Both the position numbers and the translations under genes were made by a program. Source: Lama guanicoe (Eukaryota). Taken from it: 64,000 bases of DNA. Location of the stretch: NCBI GenBank assembly GCA_013239625.1, contig MU056000.1, positions 13,095,175 to 13,159,174 of the forward strand, given 5' to 3'. Position 1 is the first letter of the stretch. Each line of letters opens with the position of its first letter. Below the pieces are notes generated by a model. It saw only the letters and a program-made list of their open reading frames with translations. It was not told the DNA's origin and made no database searches. Shown here piece after piece: positions 39,395-52,258 of the stretch.

Positions 39395-40063
39395 GCACTG
39401 TATACAATAGCCAAGACATGGAAACAACCTAAATTTCCTTTGACAGACGACTGGATAAAGAAAATGTGGTGTATTTATACAATGGAATACTACTCAGCCA
39501 TAAAAGATAACAAAATAATACCATTTGTAGCAACACGGATGGACCTGGAGATCGTCATTCTAAATGAAGAAGCCAGAAAAAGAAAGAAAAATACCCTATG
39601 ATATCACTCATATGTGAAATCTAAAAAAAAGAATTAAGAAGACACTAGTGAATTCATCTACTAAATAGAAACAAACTTAGATATAGTAAATAATCTTATG
39701 GTTACCAAGGGGAAAGGAGTGGAAAGGGATAAATTTGGGAGTTTGAGAGTTGCAAATATTAGCTACTAAATATAAAAAGAGATTAAAAATAACTTTCTTC
39801 TGTATAGCACTGTATATTCAATATTCTGTAATAATCTTTAATGAAAAAGAATTTGAAAAGGAATGTATAGGTGTATATGTATGACTGGGACATTATGCTG
39901 TACACCAGAAACTGATCAATAAAAATAAACAAACAAATATGAATAAATAAAAATTTTTAAAAATAAGCCTGAATTCAAACTCAGACATTAGTCCACCATC
40001 TTCTTAGTCTGCTGGCTTTCTGAATAAAATCACTATTCTTTGCCCCCATCGAAAAGAAAAAAA
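39395..40063 (+). mobile_element. 5'-truncated camelid-type L1 with 3'-transduced segment and TSD
   Basis: ORF2 C-terminus (ORF 39371-39601 'ALYTIAKTWKQPKFPLTDDWIKKMWCIYTMEYYSAIK') plus 3' UTR; TSD aaggacatgcta at 39383-39394 and 40064-40075. Confidence 0.93.
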
Positions 40064-40289
40064 AAGGACATGCTAATTGCTAAGCATACAGTAATTAGTC
40101 CTGCAATGAAATTTTGTTGATAGATGATTGAAATGAGGGATTAATTAATAATTCAGACTATGAAGAATATCTATACAAAGCACACACATTAAAATACAAA
40201 TACTTTAACACTTTGATATTCATTTTTAAAAATAATACAAATATATTAACTGCCCAGGATGTGCCAGTGGCACTAGAGATAAGAGAGTG

Positions 40290-40710
40290 AGAACAGTATG
40301 ACACAGAATCTGGCTGCATGGATCTGGGGCCCACACAAGGCCATTTCGTCCATCTGCTCTTTTCCATCTTGGCTTCTTTCCCAGGCAGCTCTTCTGCTCC
40401 AGCTGACCCCCTGGCAGCTCAGGTATAACTGTCGTAGTTTTCAGCCCTAGCACTCATAAAATTTCCAGAAATCATCCTAATGGGATTGACTTGGGTCCTT
40501 CTTCCATCCCTGTAACAATCTTGGTGGAGACTGGAGGATGCAATTATGATGACTAGGCATTTTGGGGACACACGCTTCTCCCATGGAGTTGGGTGCAGCC
40601 TCACACAAACCACATAAACTGAGGCTAAGGCTAATTGACAGATGATTCCTGGTGGAATTCTGGGATAATGTCACCCAAAGTACTGGGAATGAATAAATGC
40701 AGAAACACCA
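40290..40710 (-). mobile_element. MLT1K-like MaLR LTR
   Basis: 'gattgacttgggtcc...tccatccctgtaacaatc', 'cacacaaaccacataaactgag'. Confidence 0.6.
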
Positions 40711-42189
40711 CGTTATCTAATAAAGTGTAACTAGGCAGACAGCGTCAAGGGGAGTTTCACACGGAGGAAACAGCATATGCTAATGTTCTTGTTACTGGAG
40801 CAAATTGGGAAAGTCCTAAGGAATGAATAAAGGCCAGTAAAATTGATGCAGAGCAAGAGATAGAGCACATCACAGTACAAGATAACCTGGAATCAAGGAG
40901 GGCTCAAATTGTGTAAAGATTTGTAGCTCATGTGAAGGAGACTTAGGAAGTAATTGAAGAATTTTCAGAAGGTTGTGTGGCATATTCATCATGTATTGGG
41001 TATTTTGTTAATTGGTATATTTCATAAGTCAAATTAGGTAACTATGTTTAGAAAAGAAATGTGTTAACTTTTAGAAATAAATTGACTTCATCTTTAGAAA
41101 ACTATTGACAAAAAGTAGTGCTCCTATTAATAGTAGTTCTAAATTACTATGTAACCAATTTTAAATATAGTTATCAGTGCAATGTTCTTCCTATATAATT
41201 AAAGATAATAGGATGTGATTGTATATTTGTAGTATTGATGGTGTTCATTTTCCCCCAGGTTTCAAGAAAAATACCCATAAATGTATCCTTAGACTAAGAA
41301 AAATAATATGTGTTTTGCCAGATTATTGATTCTACAGTAAGAATTTGCACTCCTATAATATGCCATTTCTAGAAACTAATTTTGATATTGATGGATTGTA
41401 TTGTGCATAAGCCATTTAGAAGGAAGCTAGCAATAACTGATGTAAAAACAGCTGGAAAAAATGCTAAGAACCAAAGGAAAAATGTTTTTCAGAAAATAAT
41501 GAAGATGCTTGATTTTTCTTTTCATGAGGAAATTCACATTGTAGAAACAATAAAAATGTTCCAGTTGATTTATCTGCTGGAAGTTGAAGCTTGGGATTTC
41601 ATTTATTTAATTATTCAACTGCAGAGCCAACACCATAGCTGCAATGTTTTCTTTGATGCAAGTTTTCTTGAGAAGGTAAATTATTCAGCTTTAACATAGG
41701 CAGCAAATAATATACCTTTCTAATTAATATTTTGTTTAGCTAAATTGTTTTTTCTCCTAAATCTTAATAACACAGTTTATAATCTGTATAAAAATTTACA
41801 AGTGACCCAATGGGTAGTTGAAATCTGAAAACAACAGATGTTGCCCAGCATCCAGTCACATCATTAGCAGAAATTACAGGAATTAAAAAAAAAAATCACC
41901 TTGACGCGTAAGTTTTTTTATGAGTAAAGGCTTTTATCTAATAACTCAAAATGAGGATTCTAATTTATCATATTATTTTTATCATCATAAGCTCCATAAA
42001 TTATCTCATAAACGTCTATTTCACAATGTGAGTTTTAGATGGGACATAATCAAATAATTATGCTGATTGTGTATGTCTTCAAAATCACAGTTGCTTGTGT
42101 GAGCCTAATATGTAAAAGTCCTTCCTAGTCAATTTTCTGACTTTCAGAATCTGGAGGATATCTTTGGTTTATCCTCTGAGGTACTCATT

Positions 42190-42530
42190 AAGGCTTTGCA
42201 TCTAATATTTCTGGTCGCACCATTTCTGGGCAAATATTGCATTGCAATTCTCTGCCCTCTTGGGCTTTAGTGGAACCGTGTGAGTAATTCAGGCCCACAC
42301 ATTGTGAACTGACCAGAGTGTTTCATCACCCGCTGGTGGAAGCCCCTTCAGCATGCCCTGGTGTTCCTGGCATGTAACAGGGGATGGTCAACATGGTGGT
42401 TGCTGGTGCAGTGGGAGCGTCTGTGAGACAATGAACCCAGGTCTCCATCAACCTGTAAGGGAGACATGGTGTGAATGAGAATGAGAAATAGCCAAGCCTT
42501 TCTGTACTGAAGCAAGAATTAGTCATGAAA
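42190..42530 (+). mobile_element. MLT1 (G/H/I-like) MaLR LTR
   Basis: 'ttgcaattctctgccctcttg...gaaccgtgtgagtaattcaggccc', 'gacatggtgtgaatgaga...gaaatagcc'. Confidence 0.6.
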
Positions 42531-42653
42531 GAAGAGTGCAACCATGGGAAAAAAACCTCAAACGTGCTGCCAGCTTTGGGGTCAGATGGAAGAGAGTGAA
42601 GGCAGGGTTATCAGAGGACGAGGGAAAGGCAATTCATACTAATCAGTAAGCCG

Positions 42654-42982
42654 TATTGACCTAAAACATACAGACTGCCAGATACGTCTCCAGCAAAGAT
42701 GGGTTTATTTGGGATCAGCAGAGAATTTCATTTCATGGTCTGCAGCCGTGCTGTGCCACGAGCAAGCCCCAGCGGGCACACGAGGGAAGGAGGACGCTTT
42801 TATGGAGAGGAAAAAGAGTTGGGAGGACTGTGGTAATCAAAGTGCCCGTGGCTTTTTACTGGTTGAGTCCTTGCCTGGAAACGAGTCTGTCTTCTTCCTG
42901 TTGGGCTCTGCTATTGTCACCAGCTGGAAAGCCTTCCCTGTTGGTCTCTGATTATATTTAATTGAGGTTTCTGTTCATTTGT
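42654..42982 (-). mobile_element. ERV1-type solo LTR, same family as 12295-12628
   Basis: Reverse complement shares 'aacagaaacctcaattaaata', 'cagagcccaac', 'tctttgctggaga' and 'ctggcagtctgt...aggtcaa' with 12295-12628. Confidence 0.88.
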
Positions 42983-43399
42983 TAGAGGAGGAATAATACA
43001 TAATGGAGAAGTCCGTGTCTTGAGGGACTTAGTGACTTGAAAAGAAAACTGGTTCTTAACTCTAAGGAGCAAGCAGTAAAATTACAAATGAATGCTTTGT
43101 GTAACCAGGGCCAATTGAAGTTTAGTTTTGCAGCAAGGTGGGCTGTGGCTAAGGAGGGTAATGGAAAAGGAGAAGCCATAGCACAGAGCCAAACAGCACA
43201 AAGAACAACCAAATTTGGAGAGATTCAAGTACAATAACACAACCTCAATGGGGTGAAGTAGGTTTGAAAATTTAGAAATTTTCCATTTTTTTCCAATACA
43301 ATACAGTGCGTATAATTTCCATTGCATAAAGCCATGGGGAAGATTGAAACAAATATATACATAGCTCTATCCTGAGACCTCTGCACATTCCCACTAGGT

Positions 43400-44330
43400 C
43401 TGGTTTTGCTATTAAGCATTTTTAGTTTTCAGACTTCTGGGAGTTTTGGCATTAGGGCTAAGAGATGTGGATGTAGAGTTCTCCTGAGCAAAACAGTGAC
43501 TAAGGCTTGAAAGCAGGAAGAGCCTGCAGTGAAGATGCAAAGCCCCAGATTCTTCAGGAATCCCAGCAGGTGCAAGAATAAGCCAAGACCTTGATCTCTT
43601 GTAGCACAATATTTTCCTGAGCCCGGGAGCATCAAGGAGGGAGAAGCCTGAGGTGAGGATTGTAATTCCGTGGTCCTCAGAGAGAGCTGGGCTTCTCTGT
43701 TAGAAAACAGTGCAGCTCCTTCCCTTGATGTAAACAACGGTCTTAGGAAATCCCATTGAGTGTTTGAAGCTCTCAAAATACTCTGGGCTGAATTTTTCAC
43801 AATAGCTGAGGGTGGGAGTGAGTTCAGAAAAAAATGAGAACAATTGGGAGTGGAGATTCCTTCTGTAGTCCCCAAATGAATACTGACAATTGGCAAGGCT
43901 CGCACATCATTGTCCCACAGGATCTGAACTTCTAACACAGGATCTGAAACTCTGCCTTTCAGTGGAATATCACCATGTTGCACAGAACTCCCAGGATGTG
44001 TTGAGCTGAGAGCAGACAAAATGCCAACTTGCTTAAGGAAGATCGATGAACCGGGGAAGGAAAGATAAAATACAAAGCAGACCAGGAAGAGCCAAGTGAC
44101 TTGGAAATTCCTGAGCAGACAAGAATTAGAACCAGCACCCAACAAGTCCTTAAATCAAAAGGGCACTTAAAGCTCAGACCATTGACATACACTCTGCAAT
44201 TCAAGTCATTAGGTTTCCGATTGTAAAATAAATCAATATACAGAAAGCATGGTAACTGAGCAAAATATATTGAAATGCAATTCAGTTAAAACAAATAGAT
44301 CAAATTATTAAAAGTAAAACCAAGAAAAAA
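43400..44330 (+). mobile_element. Possible old L1M/HAL1 5' UTR-ORF1 remnant
   Basis: Purine-rich GC-moderate tract grading into A-rich ORF1-like sequence, upstream of and on the same strand as the ORF2 remnant at 46850-47530; no firm consensus match. Confidence 0.3.
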
Positions 44331-44535
44331 AAAGGGAATTAATGAGAGGTAAGATGAATTCCACAAGGAAAAAAAAGGAACAGATGGTACCAGGGAATGT
44401 ATAGAAGGAAAAATAACCCCTGACAGATTTAAGGGTCCATTTTGGGTAAGCTTACTACCTAAATAATGATGAAAATTGAAAGACAGTTAGATCTATCCTG
44501 GAAACGTTTTGTGTTATTTTGTGTAAAGATTAGGC

Positions 44536-45908
44536 CAGCAAGTCTCAGGCATATTGGTTTTGGCAAAGTAAGGATTTAGATTTCAGGAACCCTTTATATT
44601 TTTACATACCATTAATGATCGAGAAAGGTTTTTGTTTATGCTCTTTACGTCTATTAATACGTACTGTATTAGAAATAAAGTGAAGAATTAAAAAATAACA
44701 TATTTATTAATTTATTTAAAATACAGTGATACATTTGGTACCTGTTGCCATAAAAACACATTTTAAAGACAAAAATGTATGTTTCTCCAAACGAACAAGT
44801 TAATGAGAAAAGTGATGTTATCTCATAGTTTTGCAAATTTCTTTAATGTCTGGTTTATCAAAGGACAGCTGAGTTCACGTCTTCTTCTGCATTCAGTCTG
44901 TTGTGACATATTATTTGAAACACATGAAAAAAATCTGACTTCACATAGATATGAATTTGGAAAAGAGAAGGTGTTATAAACCTTTTCAGATAATTGTTGA
45001 TATTCTTTTTTTGTCACTGCACCAAAATTTGACGAGCGACATTTCTCAAAGACTAGTTGTTGTGCAGAATCTAAGCCGATGTCAATAAACTTTTCATACT
45101 CTATTACGTTAAAATCGTCTGGTCCCTTTTTCACTATGACTAGATCTTTTATCCATGCACGGATCTATAACATCATGCATTGATCATATGGAAAACACTG
45201 CCTAACTATGAATCTGCCAATTAGTCACCCATTTTATTATGCAACATCAAAATGCACGCACACACACACACACACACAAATCTGTTTATTTTGAGAAATG
45301 CCTTTGAGGATTTTGAAGCTGCCTGATCTCACAGGGGACACAAGCTTTCCAAAATTCTCATTTTCCCTGCAAGCTCAAATTTTTATCATTATCATTAAAT
45401 CCTGTCAGGTGTTTTCTTTTTGCCAAATATTCATGTTTGAATAACCATCGTTCGTCTTTCAGTCACTCTTTCATGTAAAATGGTGTTCCATGAAATAAGC
45501 AGCTGGTTCAGCCACCAGCTCACACAAGCAGTGACTGTTTTTTGCTGTGGGTCACTATGATATCAGTACATAGTAGAAATGTTTCATGCACAGTTCCTAC
45601 GTTCTCATGCAGAATATTGAAAAGATATTCATAAGGGTCAAATTTTGATAGCATTAAGAATTACTAATGTTTCCTCAAGGACATTCTTGAGTGAAACTGG
45701 TCTTCTTTTTCCTTGTGAGTGCATGGCAGCGCACCACAAAACGGCAACTTGTACCGTTTGGTGCCAACATTGTTAACACAATTAAACACGCACTGTTCAA
45801 GACAAGCAACATCTTGGTGTTCTTTTGAAATTGGTTTGGCCTCAGCAACATTCTGCAAGTGTCTTTGGGACCCTCAGTGGTTCACCAGTCACACTCTGGG
45901 AGCCACCC
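44536..45908 (-). mobile_element. Charlie1/Charlie1a hAT DNA transposon fossil
   Basis: Termini resemble Charlie1 ('tcaggaaccctttata...' and '...ggttcaccagtcacactctgggagccac'). ORF 44823-45134 (EYEKFIDI...KKEYQQLSEK...FPNSYLCEVRF) is a decayed hAT C-terminal dimerisation domain. Confidence 0.9.
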
Positions 45909-46370
45909 AGAAGAAGGCATCCCATCCCTCCCCCATCCCACAGCAAAGCAGAGGAGTTACATCACAGAAGTGTGTTCCTTTCTCAACATACCAACCTGAC
46001 TAATGCCGTCTGGAAGGGGACTTCTGCTTCCCGAAGTAAATCAGGAAGTCAGTTCCTGCCGTATTGTGGTTAAACCATCCTTAAGGAAGTTGTCTCCATC
46101 AGCATGGCAGCCACCCTATCCCTGTTACAGCTCATGAGGAAAGGAAGGAAAAAATCATGGGCAAGTGACTTTCATTGTGAACGTGCAAAATATGTAAAAT
46201 GCACAGGTTTTCAGCTAGATTCCAGTGACAGCAACTTGGTTCCACTCAACTACTATAAGAGCTACAAAATTAGATGCTAGCTGAGCAGGGATTATGCCCA
46301 GGAAAAAAAAGGATGGGTTTTTCTGGGGGGGGATGGAGGGAAGGTAATCAGAACAAAGGCTGGATTTTGA

Positions 46371-46371
<1 letters not shown>

Positions 46372-46406
<35 letters not shown>
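46372..46406. repeat. (TG)17 microsatellite
   Basis: Directly visible. Confidence 0.97.
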
Positions 46407-46407
<1 letters not shown>

Positions 46408-46849
46408 TGTATGTGTGTTGGTGGAGTAGTGAGGGGACAGAGCAGCAATCTCTCATATTTTTTGAATTTCTAGTGTTTTTTAAAAATCAGACAGTTCCTA
46501 ATAGATAGAACAATTTCTTTATTTTTAAAGAAATATATTCAATGTGGTAGTTTAAAAATTAGTTTAGTAGATCACTTGGCAGAAAGAACCATAGAGTCTT
46601 ACTGGCAAATAACTTACCATTTACTTGTTAACTGGAAAACAAAAACAAAAACAAAACAAAACTAAGGACTCTGAGTTTGTTACCTCATCTAAGAAAAATA
46701 CTTCAGAAGATGCTCTAAACAATACAATAAGTGACTCAAAATGGGTACTTTAAGAGGAGAGACAATGAAAGGAGAAGAAAAGGTAGTGGCTGATGACATT
46801 TTATATGTAATTAATGAAATGATAGTGTCCCTGGGCTAAGCAATATTTG

Positions 46850-47530
46850 TAACATGGTATTCACATAGCAAAGGAAAAAGCAAAACTAAACTGCCCTAAA
46901 TAGCACATCATGTTAGACTAACTGGGTAGAGCAGGTGAGCTGGAGCAAGGGGAAATGAAAATGTTCTTTTAAGGTTAGCTCTTAAAACAAAAGGTTATTT
47001 TGTGTGATGATAAAAGACAATTTGCTTGAAGAACACATTTCTCATAAAACTGTAAGCATCAAAGCATTTAACATTCCAAACACAGAGCCCAATCAATTAG
47101 GAATGTAGGAGAACTTGATAAAAATAGAATTATACTCAGGGAATGGAATGTGTCTTTTTCAGACTGGAAAGATCCAGCAGAAATAAAGAAATGAGAACAT
47201 ATGGAATTAAATAATGTGATAAATTCCACTCAAACATAAATATCTGATTTCTCATTCTATGATTATTGAATATATTTTATTAGTGTCCAAGAAACACTTA
47301 CGAAATTGATCATGCACTGGACTGTAAGGGAAGTCAAAGTTTTTAAAAAGTACATATTTCAAAGGCTACAGTCATTGCCACACAGTTAATAAACAGAAAT
47401 CAACTGCAAAAATATGATATACAAATATGCACTGCTTTAATATAAGAAGCTTAGTCATAAATAATGTTTAAACTTCTGAATCCAAAAAGGAAATACTCTT
47501 GAAATTACAATCTTCAGTCAGCATAAGCAA
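46850..47530 (+). mobile_element. Very old L1 ORF2 endonuclease-domain remnant
   Basis: 'aggagaacttgataaaaatagaattatactcaggg', 'gaaagatccagcaga', 'acttacgaaattgatcatgcactggac' resemble GELDK.TII.GDFN, DRSSR and TKIDH.LG. Confidence 0.65.
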
Positions 47531-47613
47531 AACTGATGGCAGCTCACTTGACAATATTTTAAACAACTTTGTATTTAAAATTGACTAAAAATAATGGGGG
47601 CAAATCTTCATAT

Positions 47614-48028
47614 TGTATTAGCAAGTTTTGCTACATAACAAATAAGCCTAAAAATCTTAGTAGCTTACAACATCTGAGATTTCTTTCTTGCTGATTTTAG
47701 AGGAGGGCTGCATTAGTTGTGGCTCTTCTCCAGGCTGCTTGGACTGAGGCTGGGGACTAAGGTTGAGGTGTCATGGAGAGGGGCATTTTCGTGGACCTGG
47801 GAGAAGCAACAACCACACAACTGCATTAAAGCATTTGCTTGCACATTTCCACTTAGATGTTACTGGACAAACAAATCACATGGCCAGGCCTGATACTGTG
47901 ACTGGTGACATAGACACCGCTCATCCAGAGGTACTGAAATTCACTGGACAAGGGCAGGGGAATATCATCCTCTGATAGGCATAGGAAAGAAGAGAATGAT
48001 TTCTGAAAAATAAAATAGTCTTCCATGT
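47614..48028 (-). mobile_element. MLT1H-like MaLR LTR
   Basis: 'tgtattagcaag...cataacaaataagcctaaaaatcttagtagcttacaaca', 'actggacaaacaaatcacatggccaggcctga'. Confidence 0.75.
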
Positions 48029-51000
48029 ATTTTACATTCACTCAACATAGGCCACAATTAACTGGGGGAGGGTGCACAAAAAAATTAAAGCTAAAATTAT
48101 GATAAAGGAATACTATGTTATTGTTATGTTATGTTATTGTGTTATTGTGGTGTGAAAATATAAAGTTGTAATTTTTTTTTCTATTTGAAAATTACAGACT
48201 GGATTGTATTTTGCATAATATGGGATGCTTGATTAAGCCAGACCCTTGGTGGAATTTACACCTGATGTGGCTGCTCTATTTTGAAAGGAAACAGCTGTTT
48301 TCCTAATGTTCCCGTGGTTTTATGAACACAATGTTTCCTTTATGAGACAAAGTGGATTCAAATGAGCTCCCTCAACTCCCTCCAGAAACAAATTTCTCAA
48401 ATGTTTTGTAACTCACTATTGCTTGATAAATGTTATATTGCAGATTATTCTAGGTGTTATGCCTGGGGCTCCTTAAGTGCTGCCATTTGCTTGTTTATTT
48501 TCTTCTCAGGCTAGGGAATTGCTTTATGAACTCCAAGTCATAAAGGAGAGCAACTGAGTGGGAAGAAAGACATTTGGTATAATGCCTCTCCGACTGGAAA
48601 GGAAATTGCATTTTACCTATTGCAAAGAGGTCACAAATTTTATTGGTAAACTGGCTAAAGTATACTTATTTAATAAGAGGCGGACCTCAAATAGAATAAT
48701 TCTTTAATCCCAGGCCTCCAGCAAATGCTCAATAACATATTTTTCATAGAATTTCCACATTTGGTAACCTTAAACTTTTATTATAACTTTGATGGATTGT
48801 TTCCTAGATTTGTTTTCAACCTTGCTATATGGACAAAATAGACATTTTTAAACAGAAATTCTTATATGGGAAGTAGAGTTATTTATATTTGACATACGTT
48901 TCTAGAAGTGATTTACAAGAGAGCTAAAATGTATCAAGCCCAGTGTTAAAAGGAGAATGTTGTGAAGTGCGTGTGCACAGTACTTACGCTGGCAAGAATT
49001 CCAATTTAGCCTTTGTCTCAATTGTCTTAGGATGCATCCTCTATGTTTTAGAGAAATTGCATGCTAAGTAGAGAAGGGTAAGTGAATTAAATTTGGAATT
49101 GTATAATATGATAGGCTGCAAGCATTTAAATCCACACTTCAAAATATAAAGAAATAATGTTATCTGAGAATCAAATTTTTTCTTATAACAGTTACAGCCA
49201 CCTTATTGCATATGAATTGCCTGTATATTATACATATGCTATAATTCTGTTTATAATCTACTCTAAATTTTCTAAGATTATATGAAGATATAGGTGGAAA
49301 AATGATGCAGCAGGATATTGTGGATATGGAAGTATATCAATAAATGAAGTGAGTACACATACCTAAAACCGAAAAAGTTAACAGATTTGAAATGACTGTG
49401 CTTAGTTCTTAATAATTCCATGATCATTAAAGTACAAAATCATTGAAGAGAATCCAAAGAAGAAGTATTTGAGAGAAAATAAACAGATGTTTTGAAGCTC
49501 TAAAACTCCAAAAGAAAACAATGGTGTCAATACACTTCTTAATGAATCTTATGCCCTGGATCATATAAAGTTATTTGTCCTGTGAACATCTATACAATGG
49601 AAGGTCACCTGTATGGCATTTCTCACATTATGCTTTCAACCCATGAGGTTCACATTGTTTGCATCATCCTTTATTCAAAAACCACATCACAATTTTTTAG
49701 GAACTCACAAACTTGAGAAGTCAAGTGGACAGACTCTCTATCCACACTACTCCTTGCATGCTTATTTCAGCTTGTAAAATTGCCAACGAATCTGGAAACT
49801 CTCAGATGAGAATTTACCTAACATCTGCTTCTGTGGAAATCCATCCCACTGCGTGTTTGCCCACCATCTTGCGGATTCTAAGTGTTCTCTGCTGCTACAG
49901 CTGCTGTCCCACTTCCCTGGCAAATCCACTCTCTCCCTCTCCCTCCAATGCTGAAGAAAGCATGTCCCTAACACACAGCTGTTGTGTGTAGCAGGTCTTG
50001 TCGAAGGTTTGTTTACCCAGTGGTGGTTCCTCACAGAGTAGCAAAGGACACGTTCAAAATTGGAATTTCTGTCTCAGCTGTATATCTGCTGTTCCTTGAC
50101 TCACGGAATTTCTTATGGGGTTGGGATGTTCATTTCTCAGTTACTCTTCTGTGCCAAACCCTCTTTCTCTACATTTCTCTTCTGTCTGGTTCAGTGCCTT
50201 AAAACTCTGCTCTTTTAAGCCCACTTGTGAGAAACACCAAATTCCTAGTAATTTCTTTATTTAAGCTTCCTCACTTGTATGCTGCTTGAAGTCTGTTTTT
50301 ATCAAAAAGCATTTGTTTTACTAATCATTGTTTTCTTTCCACAACTATCAATTAAAATAATCTATTTTTCTGTTATACTTGTTTATGGATTATAGTTTAA
50401 TATATTTTAAAAATCAAACGTTAGAGTCAATAGGCATAAGATGCTTGTTTACAGATGGAAAGCAATTTTAAATGCTCAAAAATCTCTTTAGGATAGCATT
50501 CATAAAAACATCAGTAGCAACGCCTGTCAGCTGATGTTCATGACTATAAATTTAGGTAAAAAAAGGTGTTTTTGTATACTAATTTACTTAACTTATTATT
50601 TTTGTTAATATAAGCTGCAGTATTGATAATATCAGTGATGTTGAGTAAACAAAATTAAGTTCAATATACAACAAATTTTTGATGTTGTATTTTTCATGGA
50701 TCTCATTATCAATATCTATTGGCAAGATTTTTTTAAAAAATCTCTAAAAAGGCAAGCTGCCTTTCATTCACAAAAACATGGACGTGCATAAGCTGCCTGT
50801 CTTTTGGGGGGTGTTTTTGCTTGTTTATTTTTGATGGAGAGTGCTTTTAATTGTCCTCCTCTTACCCCACGCCAAATATTCCTGGAAGGGTTTCCCATAC
50901 CTCAAAATCTGTTTAAGTTCTCTGCATATTCAGGATATCATCCTTTTCAGTCTGGGACAAGCACAGTGTGGGGACAGGGGGTTAAATTGAAAGAGCCCAC

Positions 51001-51050
51001 ACTGGCTGAACGCCACATGAGTATGACGTATTTTAAAAGATCTTTATTAT

Positions 51051-51085
51051 CTTTTTTAATTGAAGTACAGTCAGTTACAATGTGT
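51051..51085 (-). mobile_element. Ultra-short camelid-type L1 3' terminus
   Basis: 'ttttttaattgaagtacagtcagttacaatgtgt' is nearly identical to the start of the 21980 copy; degenerate flanking repeat ttaaaagatcttta / ttataaggtctcta. Confidence 0.8.
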
Positions 51086-51136
51086 TATAAGGTCTCTAAT
51101 TGATGGACTTCAGGGTGCAACTACCTCCAATGGTAT

Positions 51137-51345
51137 TTTTAAAATAGAATTTATTTTAGATTTACAGAAAAATTGAGAAGATGATATAAAAAGCTTCTAC
51201 ATATCCCCTAGCCATTTTTGTGTATTTATTAGCCTTTTCCATTAATGTGGTGCCTGTGTTACAATTAATGACCAATGTTGATACATTCACATTACCCACA
51301 GACCATTCCTTATTCAAATTTCCACCTCCAGATGTACTTTGCACT
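51137..51345 (-). mobile_element. L1MC/MD 3' end fragment
   Basis: 'ttttagatttacagaaaaattgagaagatg...tgttacaattaatgaccaatgttgatacatt'. Confidence 0.75.
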
Positions 51346-51852
51346 TTATAAAATGCATTTGAATTTCCAAGAACTTAAACTGTTTAAAATTATAATAACA
51401 TCACTAAATTCTAAATAAGGAGTTACAAATACATATTTTTCCCTTTGAAGTAAATATATTTTAGCCATATGGATAGCTCTCCAAAATATCGGGTTATTAT
51501 GTTAACTTGGCATCACCATTTTATCTTTAAATATAATTTAGAAATTAGCAAAAAAAAAAAACTTTCAGAATCTGAAAGACAGAAAATATAAAAAGAGCAT
51601 CTTGAGAACTGCTACTGAATTTATTTTTAATTCTTTCAGAAAGTTATTTTAAAGTGCTTCTATTGATCAAAAATAACCAGTGCAAAAATATTACATTATA
51701 TAAAGATCCTGTTTTCTTCCTCTTAAAACCATTAGATAAAATATTTAGTCATACTTACTAAACATATTCAATCGTGAAAAAATATCTGTACTAGCTGATA
51801 AAAATGCATAAAATTTAAATTATTTTCTGAAATCACAACAGAGATTGCTATA

Positions 51853-52258
51853 TGCTATGTACTGAATGTCTGTTTTCCTCCCAAATCCATTTATTTAAGC
51901 CCTAATCCCCAGTGTGATGGTTTGGAGGTGGGGCTTTGGCAGGTGATTAAGTCATGAGGGTGGAGCCCTCATGAATAGGATTAGTGCCCTCATAAGGGAA
52001 GACATGAGACAAATAATCTCTCCACCTTGTGAGGACACAGCAAGAAAGCATAGGTCTGCACACCAGCAACTGGCCCTCACCAGGAAGAAGACCAGAAACT
52101 CTTTGATCCTGGACTTCCCAGCTTCCAGAATGGTCAGAAATAAGTGTCTGCAACATTGTAAAATGATTATAAATCAATAAAAAATGTTAAAAAAAAAGTG
52201 TGTGTTTAAGCTACCTAGTCTACAGTATCTGTTATAGCAACCGGTGCTGACTAAGACA
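51853..52258 (+). mobile_element. MLT1A/A0 MaLR LTR with a nested L1 tail (52150-52195)
   Basis: TGCTATG...CTAAGACA termini, 'gtcatgagggtggagccctcatgaat', 'ggacttcccagcttccagaa'. Inserted 'caacattgtaaaatgattataaatcaataaaaaatgttaaaaaa' is flanked by aagtgtct/aagtgtgt. Confidence 0.9.

Noticed and set aside
39371..39601. ORF with clear protein similarity
   Set aside because: C-terminal L1 ORF2 fragment of a 5'-truncated insertion; not a host gene
43429..44145. Longest ORF in the track (238 aa, minus strand)
   Set aside because: Leu/Ser-rich with no recognisable domain and a non-ATG start; antisense to a purine-rich, probably L1-derived tract, where stop-poor reverse frames are common
9200..48520. 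Scattered isolated acceptor-like sites (near 9219, 19060, 26731, 29996, 41259, 48509)
   Set aside because: No strong paired donors or recognisable open frames; typical background in T-rich DNA
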